A stretch of 56,904 nt of DNA, the filler included, from Squatina squatina (taxonomy: Eukaryota), in NCBI GenBank assembly GCA_031763465.1. It is 4 parts of 3 records of this genome, joined end to end, with 100 filler letters (N's around TTAATTAATTAA, not from the genome) between each part and the next. Parts side by side here need not be neighbours in the genome. Positions count along the whole stretch, not along the records: positions 15,246 to 30,308 come from JARFOE010000001.1; positions 30,409 to 42,678 come from JARFOE010000149.1; 2 more parts are not named here. One strand, 5' to 3'. Below are positions 26,889 through 39,969 of the stretch, piece by piece (position 1 is the stretch's first letter; each line of letters begins with the position of its first letter). The notes under the pieces are model-generated. The model was not told where the DNA came from and did no database searches. It was given only the letters and a program-made list of their open reading frames with translations. The translations under genes and the position numbers were made by a program.

Positions 26889-26894
26889 TTTATT
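26889..26894 (-). promoter_or_regulatory. Candidate PRDM5 polyadenylation signal AATAAA
   Basis: tttatt on the plus strand, about 325 nt downstream of the PRDM5 stop in the same contig. Confidence 0.4.
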
Positions 26895-27219
26895 CAATTA
26901 ATGGTTATTAAAATGAATAGTAAAAAGAAAAATATAGGTTCTGGTGTGTTTTTGAATGTTGCAATTAAAACGTCTTGTTATGAAAGCTTTAATTTTAAAC
27001 TCTGTATATCCCCCTATTCTCAGCAGGCTGTCATTTTCAGTAAAAACAAAACATATTAACTGTTGAAGAATACTCATCGTATCTTTGTACCTTAGACATT
27101 TCTGGAAGGTAAAGCATTGTAGCGCTACTGACAGCTGCAGTCAACCACAGCGCTGAACAATAAATTGTCCGAGCTCCAGGAATTTTGAAGTTCTGCAGTG
27201 GAATGTGAAAATCAGAGCT

Positions 27220-27267
27220 TCAGCTGTCTGTCTCTCCATGCACATTTTCCATATGAACCTTGAGGTA
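27220..27267 (-). CDS. PRDM5: PRDM5 C-terminal 15 codons plus stop (partial terminal exon)
   Basis: YLKVHMENVHGETDS* versus recalled human YLKVHMDNIHGVADS*. Correct strand and order relative to 28331-28435. The 5' part of the exon is absent. Confidence 0.8.
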   Translation of the reverse strand, partial: YLKVHMENVHGETDS

Positions 27268-28321
27268 CAAATAACCAAGGTCGCTGGTTTACAGATTTCA
27301 TGGAAAAGCTGGCAGAATCCCAGAATTCAATCCCAGCACCCAGAATTCCAAAGAATGAAAATGGAATTTGCCTTATTCATTCACCATAAACTAGTAACCC
27401 TACAAATAACAGCTTACAGCTCAGAGTTATGGCTCTGTCTCAACTTGCTTCATTTACAGGCATCTTCATCTCTACGTCAAAGGCTGTGGGTTTAAATCCC
27501 ACTATAACAGGTAGCCATATAGCTGGCGAGGAAAATCAGAGTCTTCGGGTGACATCCAGTGGAAGTGTTACCAGGAAGCCGACCACAAGAACGCGTGCTC
27601 AGTCCCACCCGCAACTGGGGGAGAGAGAGGTTGGCAACTATTGGAGCTCCACACCTCCGCCCGTTCTGTTCCATGAGTATGGTGTGCGTGTCCATATTTT
27701 GTGGCTCACTGCAGTGCTCGCGAGGAGTCCTTGGTGGACCTCCGGCCCACTTCTACCGTTGTGNNNNNNNNNNNNNNNNNNNNNNNNNNNNNNNNNNNNN
27801 NNNNNNNNNNNNNNNNNNNNNNNNNNNNNNNNNNNNNNNNNNNNNNNNNNNNNNNNNNNNNNNCCTAAATCTACAATTCGTAACATGATAAATAAATACA
27901 ATTCACAAAAAATGATTCAAAACACTTGATTCTTTTTCCATTACCTTTAGAAAACCCAGAACTAATACCCCTGCTGAATGTTACAGATGAACAGAACTGA
28001 TTATTGGTGATTATTCACTTGGGGCACACCCACAGTGTAAACAACGTGCATCTGACTACTTTATGACTTATATGGAACTGATGACCCCAAATGGCAGAAC
28101 CCAGTTACACCTTTGTTGCACTCAAGGCATGTGTTGGGGTCACTCAATGGTATCATAATTCATCCACACGGTTCCCCGAAGCATCACAATCCTTGTGTAA
28201 TAGCGGAATGAGTTCAGCAGCATAAATCAAAATATTAAAGTCATGCAGTAAATGTTGCATAAACATTCCACAAAGTGCTGGGAATGCATAACAGATCAAT
28301 CAATATCTTAAAAAAAGATCA

Positions 28322-28549
<228 letters not shown>

Positions 28550-28937
28550 TCAGCCAGTGAAAAATTGTTAACTTGATTGCAAAGGACTCAGTAAAGGCTG
28601 AGAAAATCAAGTCCTCCAGGATTTCTTATCATCACCCATCGGTAATTTAATAAAACAGTTATGTCTGCCATTGGAGGAATTTCTCCAGTTTATCCTGTTC
28701 TGTGTAACACCATAGATTAGATTAAAGAAAAAAGGATACCTACCTGTTTTACACATGCACTTAATTTATTTTAAAAGCTGTGTACAGAGAAGGACTCCTA
28801 CTTGCCCACTAGAGGCACTAGTTTGCATATTTTTGGCAAAGCAAGTTGTAGCTGTATATTCGCAGCTCATTGAAATCCAGCCTGCTTCCAAGACAGTGCA
28901 AAGCATCGTGTAGAACAGACATAGCAGTGCATAACAG

Positions 28938-29156
28938 ATACCATTTAGGACGCAGATGAGGAAAAATTTCTTCACACAGAGGGTAGTGAACCTTTGGAAT
29001 TCTCTACCGCAGAAGGCTGTGGAGGCCGGGTCATTGAGTATATTCAAGAAAGAGATAGATAGATTTCTAGATACTAACTGCATCAAGGGGTTTGGGGAGA
29101 AAGCGGGAATATGGCGTTGAGATAGAGGATCAGCTATGATCACATTGAATGGCGGA
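28938..29156 (+). mobile_element. 5'-truncated CR1 3' end
   Basis: FRTQMRKNFFTQRVVNLWNSLP motif followed by the 3' UTR. Confidence 0.9.
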
Positions 29157-30352
29157 NNNNNNNNNNNNNNNNNNNNNNNNNNNNNNNNNNNNNNNNNNNN
29201 NNNNNNNNNNNNNNNNNNNNNNNNNNNNNNNNNNNNNNNNNNNNNNNNNNNNNNNNAAATGTAGTGGTGTTTGCAACCTCACAACACTGGACAATACAGT
29301 ACAATTCTAGAAGTCTAAAATGTGAGAGTTGCACCACAGGAGTGGAGGTAGATAGGCACACAGCCATGTTCGCTAAACCAGCAGCAGTGAGGGGATGGTA
29401 AAGGCCACACACACATTTTCTTCTTTTTTTCTACATTTTTGTTTACTGTAATTTTTTCTTTGGAAACTTCACTTTTTTGAATATTTTTGAATATTGCTTT
29501 ATTTCCTTAGCTAGTCCCAATTATTGATTTTTCCACTTGGCTCACTCGCACATTCATTGCTCGTGAATTCCCTTTCACCTTTCAAGTAATCTTCTTATGT
29601 TATGTGGCAGCCTCTTTCCTTTTCATTTTGTATGTTTTGAATGTGTGAGCCTGTCATCAATGTTGATACTTCCATCCTAGTTAGGGATACGTAAAGGTAG
29701 CTGTACCTTTACTCAGTACGAGGCTGGTCCAGTACCTGCCTTGTCAAGGTGGTGAGTTCCTTTAGCACAAGGCAAGCTAAGCTTCTTACATCTCTGGGCT
29801 TTTTAAAATCCAGCTATCTTATTTGTGAAACAAAGGCTGATCCACATTCATTACATCTGAATTTGCAAGCTGTGACCTTGAATTAACTTCAGTGAGAAAA
29901 TAATAGCAGACCTCCAGTCTATTTCTCTGCTATTATCACATCTACCATTTGCACTATTATATATTTTTTTGTGATTTTGACTTATTTTGTCTGTTTAAAA
30001 TTACTCTAATTAAATTATAATCATTTCATCTATTCACAATGTATTTTAAGAAATGTAATGTGATCACTCTGATGAGGTGTACTGTATCACTAATAATAGA
30101 CCAGGCAAACATATATGATCTGTACACATTTAAAATAAACTGTAACTCCACTCTAAAACAAAATTATGGACTAACTTTTAAGTTATTCCTGCAGGTCAAA
30201 GAGTTTGTTATTGTTAAAGTTTACCCTTTATCCAATCACTTAATTAAATAAGTTACATAAAATTATTCAAGATATATTTCCCTTTGGTTAAATAGAGAAA
30301 CAGAGAAANNNNNNNNNNNNNNNNNNNNNNNNNNNNNNNNNNNNNNNNNNNN

Positions 30353-30364
30353 TTAATTAATTAA
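30353..30364. other. Artificial six-frame-stop linker
   Basis: 44N + TTAATTAATTAA + 44N. Confidence 0.97.
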
Positions 30365-30408
30365 NNNNNNNNNNNNNNNNNNNNNNNNNNNNNNNNNNNN
30401 NNNNNNNN

Positions 30409-31062
30409 AGGCTAATGGAATGTTGGCCTTTATTTCAAGGGGGTTGGAGTATAGAGGTAAGGAAGTCTTGCTGCAACTATACAAGACACTCGTTAGACCA
30501 CATCTGGAGTACTGTGAGCAATTTTGCTCCCCGTATTTGTGGAAGGATATAAATTCATTGGAGGTGGTTCAGAGGTTTACTAAGATGGGGCCGGGTATGG
30601 AGGGATTGTCCTATGAGGAAAGGTTGAACTGGTTGGGACTCTACTCATTGGAATTTAGAAGAATTAGATGATATTTTATTGAAACATATAGTATTCTTAG
30701 GGGGCTGGACAAGGTAAATGCTGAGAGGATGCTTCCTCTCATGGGTGAGTGAGGATCAGAGGACAGCGTCTCAGAATAAGGGACGCCCATTTAAGGAAGA
30801 GGCAAGGAGGAATTTCTTCTCCCAGAAGGTTGTGTGTCTCTGGAACTCCTGGCCAGAGAGAGCTGCGGAGGCTGAGACTTTGTGCATATTTAACTCTGAG
30901 ATAGATCGATTTCTAATCAGCAAGGGAATCAAGCGTTACGGGGAGAAGGCGGGAAGGTGGACTTGATTATTGTCGGATCAGTCATGATCCAATTGAATGG
31001 TGGAGCGGGATCGACGGGCCGAATGGCCTTCTCCTGCTCCTACTTCTTATGGTCTTATGGTT
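30409..31062 (+). mobile_element. CR1 3' fragment with tail
   Basis: MLAFISRGLEYRGKEVLLQLYKTLVRPHLEYC...RRNFFSQKVVCLWNS, ending ttcttatggtcttatgg. Confidence 0.92.
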
Positions 31063-32004
31063 TTATTTGTTCAGGAGGTTTTTTTTGCAGTTTTATATAA
31101 CAAATGCTTTGCTACTGTTGATGCATACTGTTTGTTCATGATTATTAGCCTTGTGGACATCAGCGCTGTGCATTGACTTGTACCTTTAATGTAACACTAA
31201 ACGTATTTAATTCTGTTTAAGGTAAAGATCTCTTTATATCCTCTAACACTGTGTGGAGCGAGTGTCAGATTCTGATGCGAACGGAGGCCGTTAGTCACTG
31301 GATGGAGTTTTCTAAGGCTCCACTAAGAGTTTCAAACCACAGAATTATATTCTCTGTTGTACAAACATATCTGACGTAATCATCGTGTTCTGACTTGGAG
31401 ATACACAAAGGAGAACAATGCGCAACTTCAACCCCAACTATTCAAATTGAAACTATTGCTGGCTGCTTCAAAAACTTCGGTATTTTCTCAATTCGTTTCT
31501 GGCAAATAGGAATCTAGTCAATAATTCGGTGATTTCATTGAACTTTCCTCTGCTTTAGTTAGTTCTGCCAATTGGCAGTAGCATACTTTAGACACCGCCC
31601 AATGGTCTTTATCATGCAAAAGGAAAATTCGGACGGTGTGAATGACCGACACACAGCCTGCCAGACTACCACCAAGGCCAAATTAAAAATTATCGTCGTT
31701 ACAGCATCTTCAGATTCCACCGAACCTTAATGGAATTTAAAAAAATCTTTTCAACTTGTGTTTAAAATAGCTCCCTACAACTCGTCAGGAAATGTTGCTG
31801 AAATGAAGAACCTAGGGTGAAATTGACTCTGGACGGGTTGACTATTTTGGTGGCGTGGCTTCGGTCACCTGTTACACACTCCACCGGATCTTCATTTCCA
31901 TTGAGTACAGTAGCCTAGAACAGGTGAGGATATGACTTTCCACTACCACGCAAGGCAGACATCCAGCCTCTCGAATTTATATAGTGATTTTCAGCCAAGT
32001 GTTC

Positions 32005-32097
32005 CTGGCTTATAGTCAATATAGTAAAGTCAGGAAATGCGAAAGTCACTTTCTGCATAACAAGTTCCCACACACTGTAATGAGGTAAATGACCCAA
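32005..32097 (-). mobile_element. DeuSINE-type SINE 3' region
   Basis: Reverse complement ggtcatttacctcattacagtgtgtgggaacttgttatgcag resembles the recalled SINE body. Confidence 0.5.
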
Positions 32098-32319
32098 TGG
32101 ACTAATTAGGCATGGGCAGGTGGCGCCAAACGCGAGATATGCAGTGATCGCGTGTTAAACGCTCCGCCCCATATTCCTTTCCACTGAGTTCAATAGAAGC
32201 GAATATCAGGAGTGTGGTGCGACCGTCGGGAAATGCAATTCCGCTTGCTGAGCATTCCCATCCCCGTCCAGTTTTCCTCAGTAACCTGTTGTAAACTCAC
32301 AATCTGCTTTTTTTTCTCC

Positions 32320-34817
32320 CTGACAACCATGTGTGCAGGAAGTGTATCCAGCTGCAGTGATTGTCAGACCGCATTGCGGCAGTAGAGCTGAAAATGGATG
32401 TACAATTGAGCATCTGCGATGCTGAGGACATCGTGGATAGCACGTTTAATGAGTTGGTCACACAGCAGGTGAAGGCTGAACAGGTAGGAAGGGAAGGAGT
32501 GACCGCGAGGCACAGCAGAAGAAGACAGGTAGTGCAGGAGTCCCCTGTGGTCATCCCTCTCTAAAACAGATATAACGCTTTGGATATTGTTGGGGGAGTT
32601 AATGGCACCATGCGTGGCTCTGCTGCACAGGAGTGGAGGAAAAAGAGAGGGAGAGCTATAGTGCTAGGGGATTCTATTGTAAGCGGAATAGATAGGCATT
32701 TCTGCAACCACAAACGAGACTCCAGGATGGCATGTTGCCTCCTTGGTGCAAGGGTCAATAATGTCTCGGAGCGGCTGCAGGGCACTCTGGAGGGGAAGGG
32801 TGAACAGCCATTTGTCGTGGTGCAGATAGGTACCAATGATATAGGTAAAAAACAGGATGAGGTCCAAAAAGCTTAATATAGGGAGTTAGGAACAAAATTT
32901 AAAAATAGGACCTCAAACGTAGTAATCTCAGATTACTACCAGTGCCACGTGCTAGACAGAGTAGAAATAGCAGGATATTTCAGATGAATACGTGGCTAGA
33001 GGAATGTTGCGAGGGGGAGGGATTCAAGTTCCTGGAACATTGGAACCAGTTCTGGGGGAGGTGGGACCACTACAAACTGGGTGGTTTCCACCTGGGCACG
33101 ACTGGGACCGATGTCCTTGGGGAAGTGTTTGCTAGTGCTGTTGGGGCGTGTTTAAGCTAAAATGACAGGGGGTTGGAAACCTGTGCATGGAGATAGAGGA
33201 AAGGGTATCAAGGATTGAAGCAAAAGATAGGAAGGAGAAAAGCAAAAGTGAAAGGCAGAGACACCAAGGGCGAAAATCAAACAGGGCCACAGTGAAGATG
33301 AATTCTAACTGAACTGCGAGTGTTACAAAATCAAGCCTGAAGGCTTTGTGTCTTAATGCGAGGAGTGTTCCTAATGAGGTGGATGAATTAGCTGTGCAAA
33401 TAGATGTAAATGGAAATGATATAACGGGGATTACGGAGACATAGCTCCAGGGTGACCAAGGGTAGGAACTCAACATCCAGGGGTATTCAATATTCAGGAA
33501 GGACAGGCAAAAAGATAATGGAGGTGGGGTAGCGTTGCTGTTTGAAGAGGAGACTAACACAATAGTAAGGAAAGATATTAGGTCGGATGTTGTGAAATCT
33601 GTATGGGTAGCGCTCAGAAATACAAAGGGGCAGAAAATATTAGTGGGAGTTATACACAGACCCCAAATATTAATGGTTAGTTTGGGGATGGCATTAAACA
33701 GGAAATTAGAGACGCGACCAATCAGGGCAGAGCAGTTATCATGGGTGACTTTAATCTGCATATAGATTGGGCTAACCAAATTAGTAACAATGCTGTAGAG
33801 GAGGAGTTTCTAGAGTGTATATGGGATGGTTTTCTGGACCAATATTTCAAGGAACCAACTAGAGATCAGGCCATCATAGATTGGGTATTATATTATGAGA
33901 AAGGATTACTTAGCAATATTTTTGTGCCTTGGGGAAGAGCAATTAAAATATGATAGAATTATTCATTAAAATGGAGAGTGATTTAATTGAATCAGAGACT
34001 GCGGTCCTGAATTTAAATAAAGGAAACTGTGATGGTATGAGGCGCGAGTTGGCTAGGGTAGATTGGGGAACGTTACTTAAAGGGTTGATGGTGGATAGGC
34101 AATGGCAAACATTTAAAGATCGCATGGATGAACAACAGAACATGTTCATCCCTGTCTGGCATAAAATAGAACAGGAAAGGTGGCTCAATCGTGGCTAACA
34201 AGTGGAATTAGGGATATCAAAAGATGCAAGGAGCAGACATATAAATTGGCCAGAAAAAAGCAGCAAACCTGAGGAATGGGAGCAGTTTAGGATTCAGCAA
34301 AGAAGGACATAGGGATTAATTAAGAGGGGGGAAATGGAGCAGAAGAGTAAGCTCATAGGGAACATACAAACTGACTGTCAACGCTTCCATAGATATGCAA
34401 AGAGAAAAAAAATAATGAAGTCAAGCGTAGGTCTCTTGCAGTCAGAATCAGGGGAACTTATAATGGAGAACAAAGAAAAGCAAGACCAATTAAATACATA
34501 CTTTGGTTCTGTCTTCACAAAGCTGGACACGAATAACCTCCCAAAGATGTCAGCGACCGTAGGTTCTAATGAGAGGGAGAAACTGAATGAAATCAGTATT
34601 TGGAGGGAAATTGATGGGTTTGAAGGCCGATAAATCCCCAGGGCCTGGTAATCTACATCCCAGGGTACTTAAGGAAGTGGCCCAAGAAACAGCAAATGCA
34701 TTGCTGGTCATCTTCCAAAATTCTATAGACTCTGGAACAGTCCCCACGGATTGGACGTTGGCCAAAGTAATCCCACTATTTAAAAAAAATATGGCAGAGA
34801 GAAAACGTGAGTTAGCC
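32320..34817 (+). mobile_element. CR1 LINE 5' half: ORF1 (CxxC, coiled coil, SGNH esterase-like) and ORF2 APE endonuclease to start of RT, inactivated
   Basis: HVCRKC; AIVLGDSIV...GARV...VVVQIGTNDIG; LNARSV...GITET...MGDFN; KSPGPGNLHPRVLKE...W..A.VIPLFKK. Many stops and frameshifts. Confidence 0.93.
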
Positions 34818-35049
34818 NNNNNNNNNNNNNNNNNNNNNNNNNNNNNNNNNNNNNNNNNNNNNNNNNNNNNNNNNNNNNNNNNNNNNNNNNNNNNNNNNNN
34901 NNNNNNNNNNNNNNNNNCATAATACATCTTTGGGTTTTCCTTGATTTTACTTACCAATATTTCTCATCATGCCCTCTCTGCTTTTCTAATTTCCCTTTAA
35001 ATTTCACCCCTGCACTTCCTATATCCTTCTAGGGTTTCTGCACTATTTC

Positions 35050-36558
35050 TGGGCAAGGTGGGATCTGTTCAAGCTGGACGGGTTACATCCCAGCAGGACC
35101 AGGACTGATATCCTCACAGGGGTACTTGCTCATAATGTTGGGGAGGGTTTAAACTTACTTGGCAGGTGGATGGGAACTGAGATCGGATTCAGAAGGAAGA
35201 GAAACAAAGCTGGAAATGAAATGCAAAAAGGTAGTGAGCAAAATTGGAAGGCAGCGGAAACAAAGGCTAGCAGCAAATAGAGAAAAGTACAAAAAAAGTG
35301 TTAAAATTACAAATTTAAAGGCATTTTATCTGAATGCACGAAGCATTCGAAATAAGCTCGATGAATTAACAGCACAAATAGATGTGAATGGGTATGATAT
35401 AATTGCAATTACAGAGACGTGGCTGCAGGTTGACCAAGGATGGGAACTGAATATTCAAGGTTATTCAACATTTAGGAAGGACGGGGGAAAAGGAAAAGGA
35501 TGTGTGGTAGCACTGTTAATAAAGGATGAGATCAGTGTAATAGTGAGAAAGGATCTTGGCTCAGGAGATCAATATGTACAATCAGTTTGGGTGGAGCTAA
35601 GAAACACTAAGGGGCAGATTGGTAGGGGCTATATATAAGCCTCCAAACAGTAATGGTAATGTCAGGCATGGCAAAAATCAGGAAACTCGAAGTGTATGTA
35701 ACAAGGGTAATAGAGTAATCATGGGAGACTTTAATCTACGTATAAACTGGGCAAACCAAATTAGCAATAATACTGTGGAGGATGAATGCCTGGAATGTGT
35801 ACGAGATGGTTTTCTAGATCAGTATGATGAGGAACTTACTATGGATAGAATTTTACATTAAGATTGAAAGTGGTGTAGTTCAATCAGAAACTAGGGTCTT
35901 AAAACTAAATATGGGAAACTACGATGGCATGAGGAGCGAGTTGGCTGCAGTAGTTTAGGAAAGTACATTGAAAGACATGGTGGTAAACAGGCAATGGTTA
36001 CCATTTAAATAACGAATGCAAATAATTTGCAGCAGATTCATTTCTTTCTGGTGCAAAAACTCAAAAGGAAAAGTGGCCCAACTGTGGCTAAGAAAAGAAA
36101 CTATTCTGTTAAAGGAGGAGTCGTATAAAGTGGCCAGAAAAAGCAGTAAGCCTGAGGATTGGGAGCAGTTTAGAATTCAGCCAAGGAGGAACAACAAATT
36201 GATAAAGAAAGGGAAAATAGAATAAACTAGTGAGAAGCATGAAAACAGAATGTAAAGGTTTCTACAGGTATGTGAAAAGGAAAAGATTAGTGAAGACAAA
36301 TGTGGGTCCCTTACAGGCAGAGGCAGATGAAGTTATCATGGGGAATAAGGAACTGACAGAGCATTTGAACAAATAATTTGGATCTATCTTCACAGAAGGA
36401 GACACAAAAAAACTCCCAGAAATACTAGAGAATCAAGGGTCTAGTGACTATGAGGAATTGAAGCAAATTAGTATGTCGGAAAACAAAGTTCTGAGAAATT
36501 AATGATGAATCCCCAGTACCTGATAATTTACATCCCAGGGTTCTGAAAGAGGTGGCTA
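35050..36558 (+). mobile_element. Second CR1 copy: ORF1 end, endonuclease and linker
   Basis: LKAFYLNARSIRNKLDEL...DIIAITETWLQ...MGDFN; disrupted, with an internal deletion near 35850. Confidence 0.92.
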
Positions 36559-36658
36559 NNNNNNNNNNNNNNNNNNNNNNNNNNNNNNNNNNNNNNNNNN
36601 NNNNNNNNNNNNNNNNNNNNNNNNNNNNNNNNNNNNNNNNNNNNNNNNNNNNNNNNNN

Positions 36659-37559
36659 CATGGCTAACAAAAGAAATTAAGGATAGTATTAGATCCAAAG
36701 AGGAGTCATACAAAGTTGCCAGAAATAGTAGTAAGTCTGAGGATTGGGAGCAGTTTAGAATTCAATAAAGAAATTGATTCAGAGGAGGAAAATAGAGTAC
36801 GAGAGTAAACTTGCAAGGAACATAAAAGCGGACTGTAAAAGCTTCTACAAGTATATAAAAAGAAAAAGATTAGTGAAGACAAATGTCGGTCAGGATACGG
36901 GGTATGCCATTTAGGACTGAGATGAGGAGAAATTTCTTCACTCAGAGGGTGGTGAACCTTTGGAACTCTTTACCACAGAAGGCCGTGGAGGCCGAGTCAT
37001 TAAATATATTCAAGAAGCAGATAGATGTATTTCTTGATACTAAAGGGATCAAGGGATATGGGGAGAAAGCGGGAACATGATACTGAGTTAGACGATCAGC
37101 CATGATCATATTGAATGGCGGAGCAAGACCGAAGGGCCAAATGACCTATTCCTGCACCTATTTTTTATGTTTTATGTTTATGTCCCCTACAGACAGAAAC
37201 GGGAGAATTTATAATGGGGATCAAAGAGATGGCAGGACAATTAAATAAATACTTTTGTCCTGTCTTCATGGAAGAGGACACAAATAACCTTCCAGAAATG
37301 CTAGGTCCAGTAAGAAAGAGGAATTGAAGGAAATTAGCATTGGTAAAAAAATAGTGCTGGAGAAATTAAAGGGACTGAAAGCTGATAAATCCCCAAGGCC
37401 TGATAATCTTCATCCCAGTGTACTAAAAGAGGTGGCCATGGAAATAGTGGATTCATTGGTTGTCATCTTTCAAAATTCTATTGATTCTGGGATAGTTCCT
37501 GCTGATTGGAGGGTGGCAAATGTGACCCCACTATTTAAAAAGGGAGGGAGAGAGAAAAC
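36659..37559 (+). mobile_element. CR1 ORF2 fragment with a nested 5'-truncated CR1 (about 36889-37182)
   Basis: Host reads gtgaagacaaatgtcggtc, then a 3' end with tail, then resumes gtcccctacagacagaaac...KSPRPDNLHP...WRVANVTPLFKKG. Confidence 0.9.
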
Positions 37560-37809
37560 NNNNNNNNNNNNNNNNNNNNNNNNNNNNNNNNNNNNNNNNN
37601 NNNNNNNNNNNNNNNNNNNNNNNNNNNNNNNNNNNNNNNNNNNNNNNNNNNNNNNNNNNTACTGGTTGACCCATATACTGATTTAGTAACACATCGTACA
37701 AAATTCAGCTGTGTTCTTAAAGATGCTGGATCATTGAAAGTGCTGTAACAGTTTGTCTTTTGTACCTTTAGTAAACTCTTTTGGCACACCCACAATTGTG
37801 TTTTTATTG

Positions 37810-37900
37810 ATTCTCAGAATGTGGGTGGCGTTGACAATGCCAGCATTTATTGCTAATCTCTAGTTGCCTGAGAAGGTGCTGGTGGACCTTCTTCTTGAAT
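37810..37900 (-). mobile_element. 3' tail of a second CR1-group LINE family
   Basis: Reverse complement ttcaagaagaagg...caccagcaccttctcagg...caataaatgctggc; recalled as the continuation of the 46786-46884 sequence. Confidence 0.6.
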
Positions 37901-38331
37901 TACAGGGATGTGAACTGAAGGTCACTTGTAGCAATACTTATTACTGATAAGACAAATTATTGGTAGTTTCATTATTTCTCCATTTCACACTGGTCGACAG
38001 CACAATATTTTCCACATTTTGCTGTTTGAGGGCTAGAGAAGGCATATTATAAATGAGGTATCACGCTAGATTTCAAAATTATATTGAAGCTTCATTGCAA
38101 GAGTATGATTAATTACTATGTGGTTTGTACCATCTACCATTTTCTGAAAAGAATTATTGAAAACACTACATTTAATAAGACTGTCATTATTAATCAATGT
38201 CACTTTAATATTTTTCAATAAAAAAGTAACAAGTTAGTATTTCATTCAGATGCAATATGGCACAATGTACAGCTGATAGCTTTTAATAATGCATCTGTAT
38301 TTGTAAGTTATGAGAGAATGCATCATTTTAA

Positions 38332-38502
38332 ATAGAGGAATATAGGAACAGGAGTAGGCCATTTGAGCCTGTTCCGCCATTTAGTGAGATCATGGCTGAG
38401 AGTGGGCAAATGTAACCCCACTATTGCAAATGTAACCCCACTATTTAAAAAAGGAGGGAGAGAGAAAACAGGGAATTACAGCCTGACATCAGTAGTAGGG
38501 AA
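38332..38502. mobile_element. Composite CR1: minus-strand tail joined to a plus-strand ORF2 piece
   Basis: ataggaacaggagtaggccatt... followed by a tandem duplication of gcaaatgtaaccccactatt (ANVTPLFKKG). Confidence 0.75.
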
Positions 38503-39483
38503 NNNNNNNNNNNNNNNNNNNNNNNNNNNNNNNNNNNNNNNNNNNNNNNNNNNNNNNNNNNNNNNNNNNNNNNNNNNNNNNNNNNNNNNNNNNNNNNNNN
38601 NNGTCAGGAAGTAGTCTCCTAATATACTGTAATAGCGTGCTGGCAAATGGATACAGCCTGCAGAGCTGTTAATTGGAGACGGTTAAGAATGCCTCCATGA
38701 GCACTTCCAGCAAACCCTAATCCTCAATGAGCAATGCTGACCGGCTTCAGTGAATAGGAAACATATTGCAAATCATGTCAACTGCGAGACGTCAATTTGC
38801 AATATTGAGGGAGGGAGTTACTCAGACTAAAAGGAAACAATGTGAGGAAATTGAGCCTGGATAACAAACACAAGAAGCAAAGAAACAATGAGATGTGAGG
38901 CATCCGCACCTCGATCTTTTGTCATCGAGACCCAAGGTTCCGGGGAAGTGGTCATCTTGTGCCTGTGCCACAACTAGAAGAGACTGATGTGACTCAAGGC
39001 TCTCACATCATTACTGCAGATACTGAAACTCCCTGTCAAGGGACAGAGAAATCAAATACGGTACTAAATTACATGAAGATGGGACTATCCTGCACTCATT
39101 CTGGGAGACTGCACGCACCATCGAATGTGCATTTAAAGCTAAATGGTGCTGTCGGTGCAAATGATTTTGCATTGCACCGACATTAAAATTTTGTAGTATG
39201 AATCGAGAATCAGGGCTAGACTTGATCCAGAGCAAAGCAGAGCAGGACTTCATCCTCCAGGGAATTTCCGATTGCTTTGTTCCAGATTCAGGTCTGGCAC
39301 TGACTCAAAACGTTAGTGTTTGTGTGAAGCAAAAGCCACTTTGCACCAATGTCAGCATTGTTGTGTAAATGCAGCCTGGACTTATAAAAGTAGTCATTTG
39401 CAGCACATAGAAGGAAATCCTTAGTAAACTTGTATGTGATCAGTGACATGAATTGTATGGATCACTGATAAAGTGCTTTAGAG

Positions 39484-39871
39484 CAGTGTTATCCAATACA
39501 TAAGCCACTAGCCACATGAGAGTAATTTCATTTCTGACTAGTAAATACAAGATCACAGTCGGTGAGCGTGTGATCTCAATACTCATATTCTCATGGCACA
39601 TGTATGTGTACTTTAACCTTTAGTGCGTTTGTTTTTAAAAGGGCAAGACAATAAGCAAAGTGTGAGTGCTTTTAGATCATTGTGGATGCTTACTTCCTTG
39701 GTTACTGAATGGTGGTAGATGTCTGTTAAGTATGTATACACCTGAAGTACATTTGTCTGTATTGTGTGAATGTATGTAAAGCAATTTTTACTAAATTTAA
39801 TGCATGTGACAAAAATAATGTTGCCGTAGTCACACCTGTGGCTTGTCAGCAATTTCTATGGGACAACACTG
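39484..39871. mobile_element. hAT-Charlie-like MITE (MER3-type ends)
   Basis: TIRs cagtgttatccaata and tatgggacaacactg match at 13 of 15 positions. Subterminal agccactagccacatg. 8-bp flanks ctttagag and cactagtt both have a central TAG. Confidence 0.7.
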
Positions 39872-39892
39872 CACTAGTTAACCTGCTTTGGT

Positions 39893-39968
39893 GGTGTTGG
39901 TTGAGGGAGGAATGTTGGCCAATACGCTTTCCCTGATCTTTTTTGAATAGTACCATAGGATTTTTTAC
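39893..39968 (-). mobile_element. DeuSINE Deu-domain fragment
   Basis: tgttggttgagggaggaatgttggcca...tttttgaatagtaccataggattttttac. Confidence 0.6.
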
Positions 39969-39969
39969 T

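Noticed and set aside
28803-28820. CTCF site (ccactagaggcacta)
   Set aside because: One base short of the core consensus; a single imperfect match is not enough.
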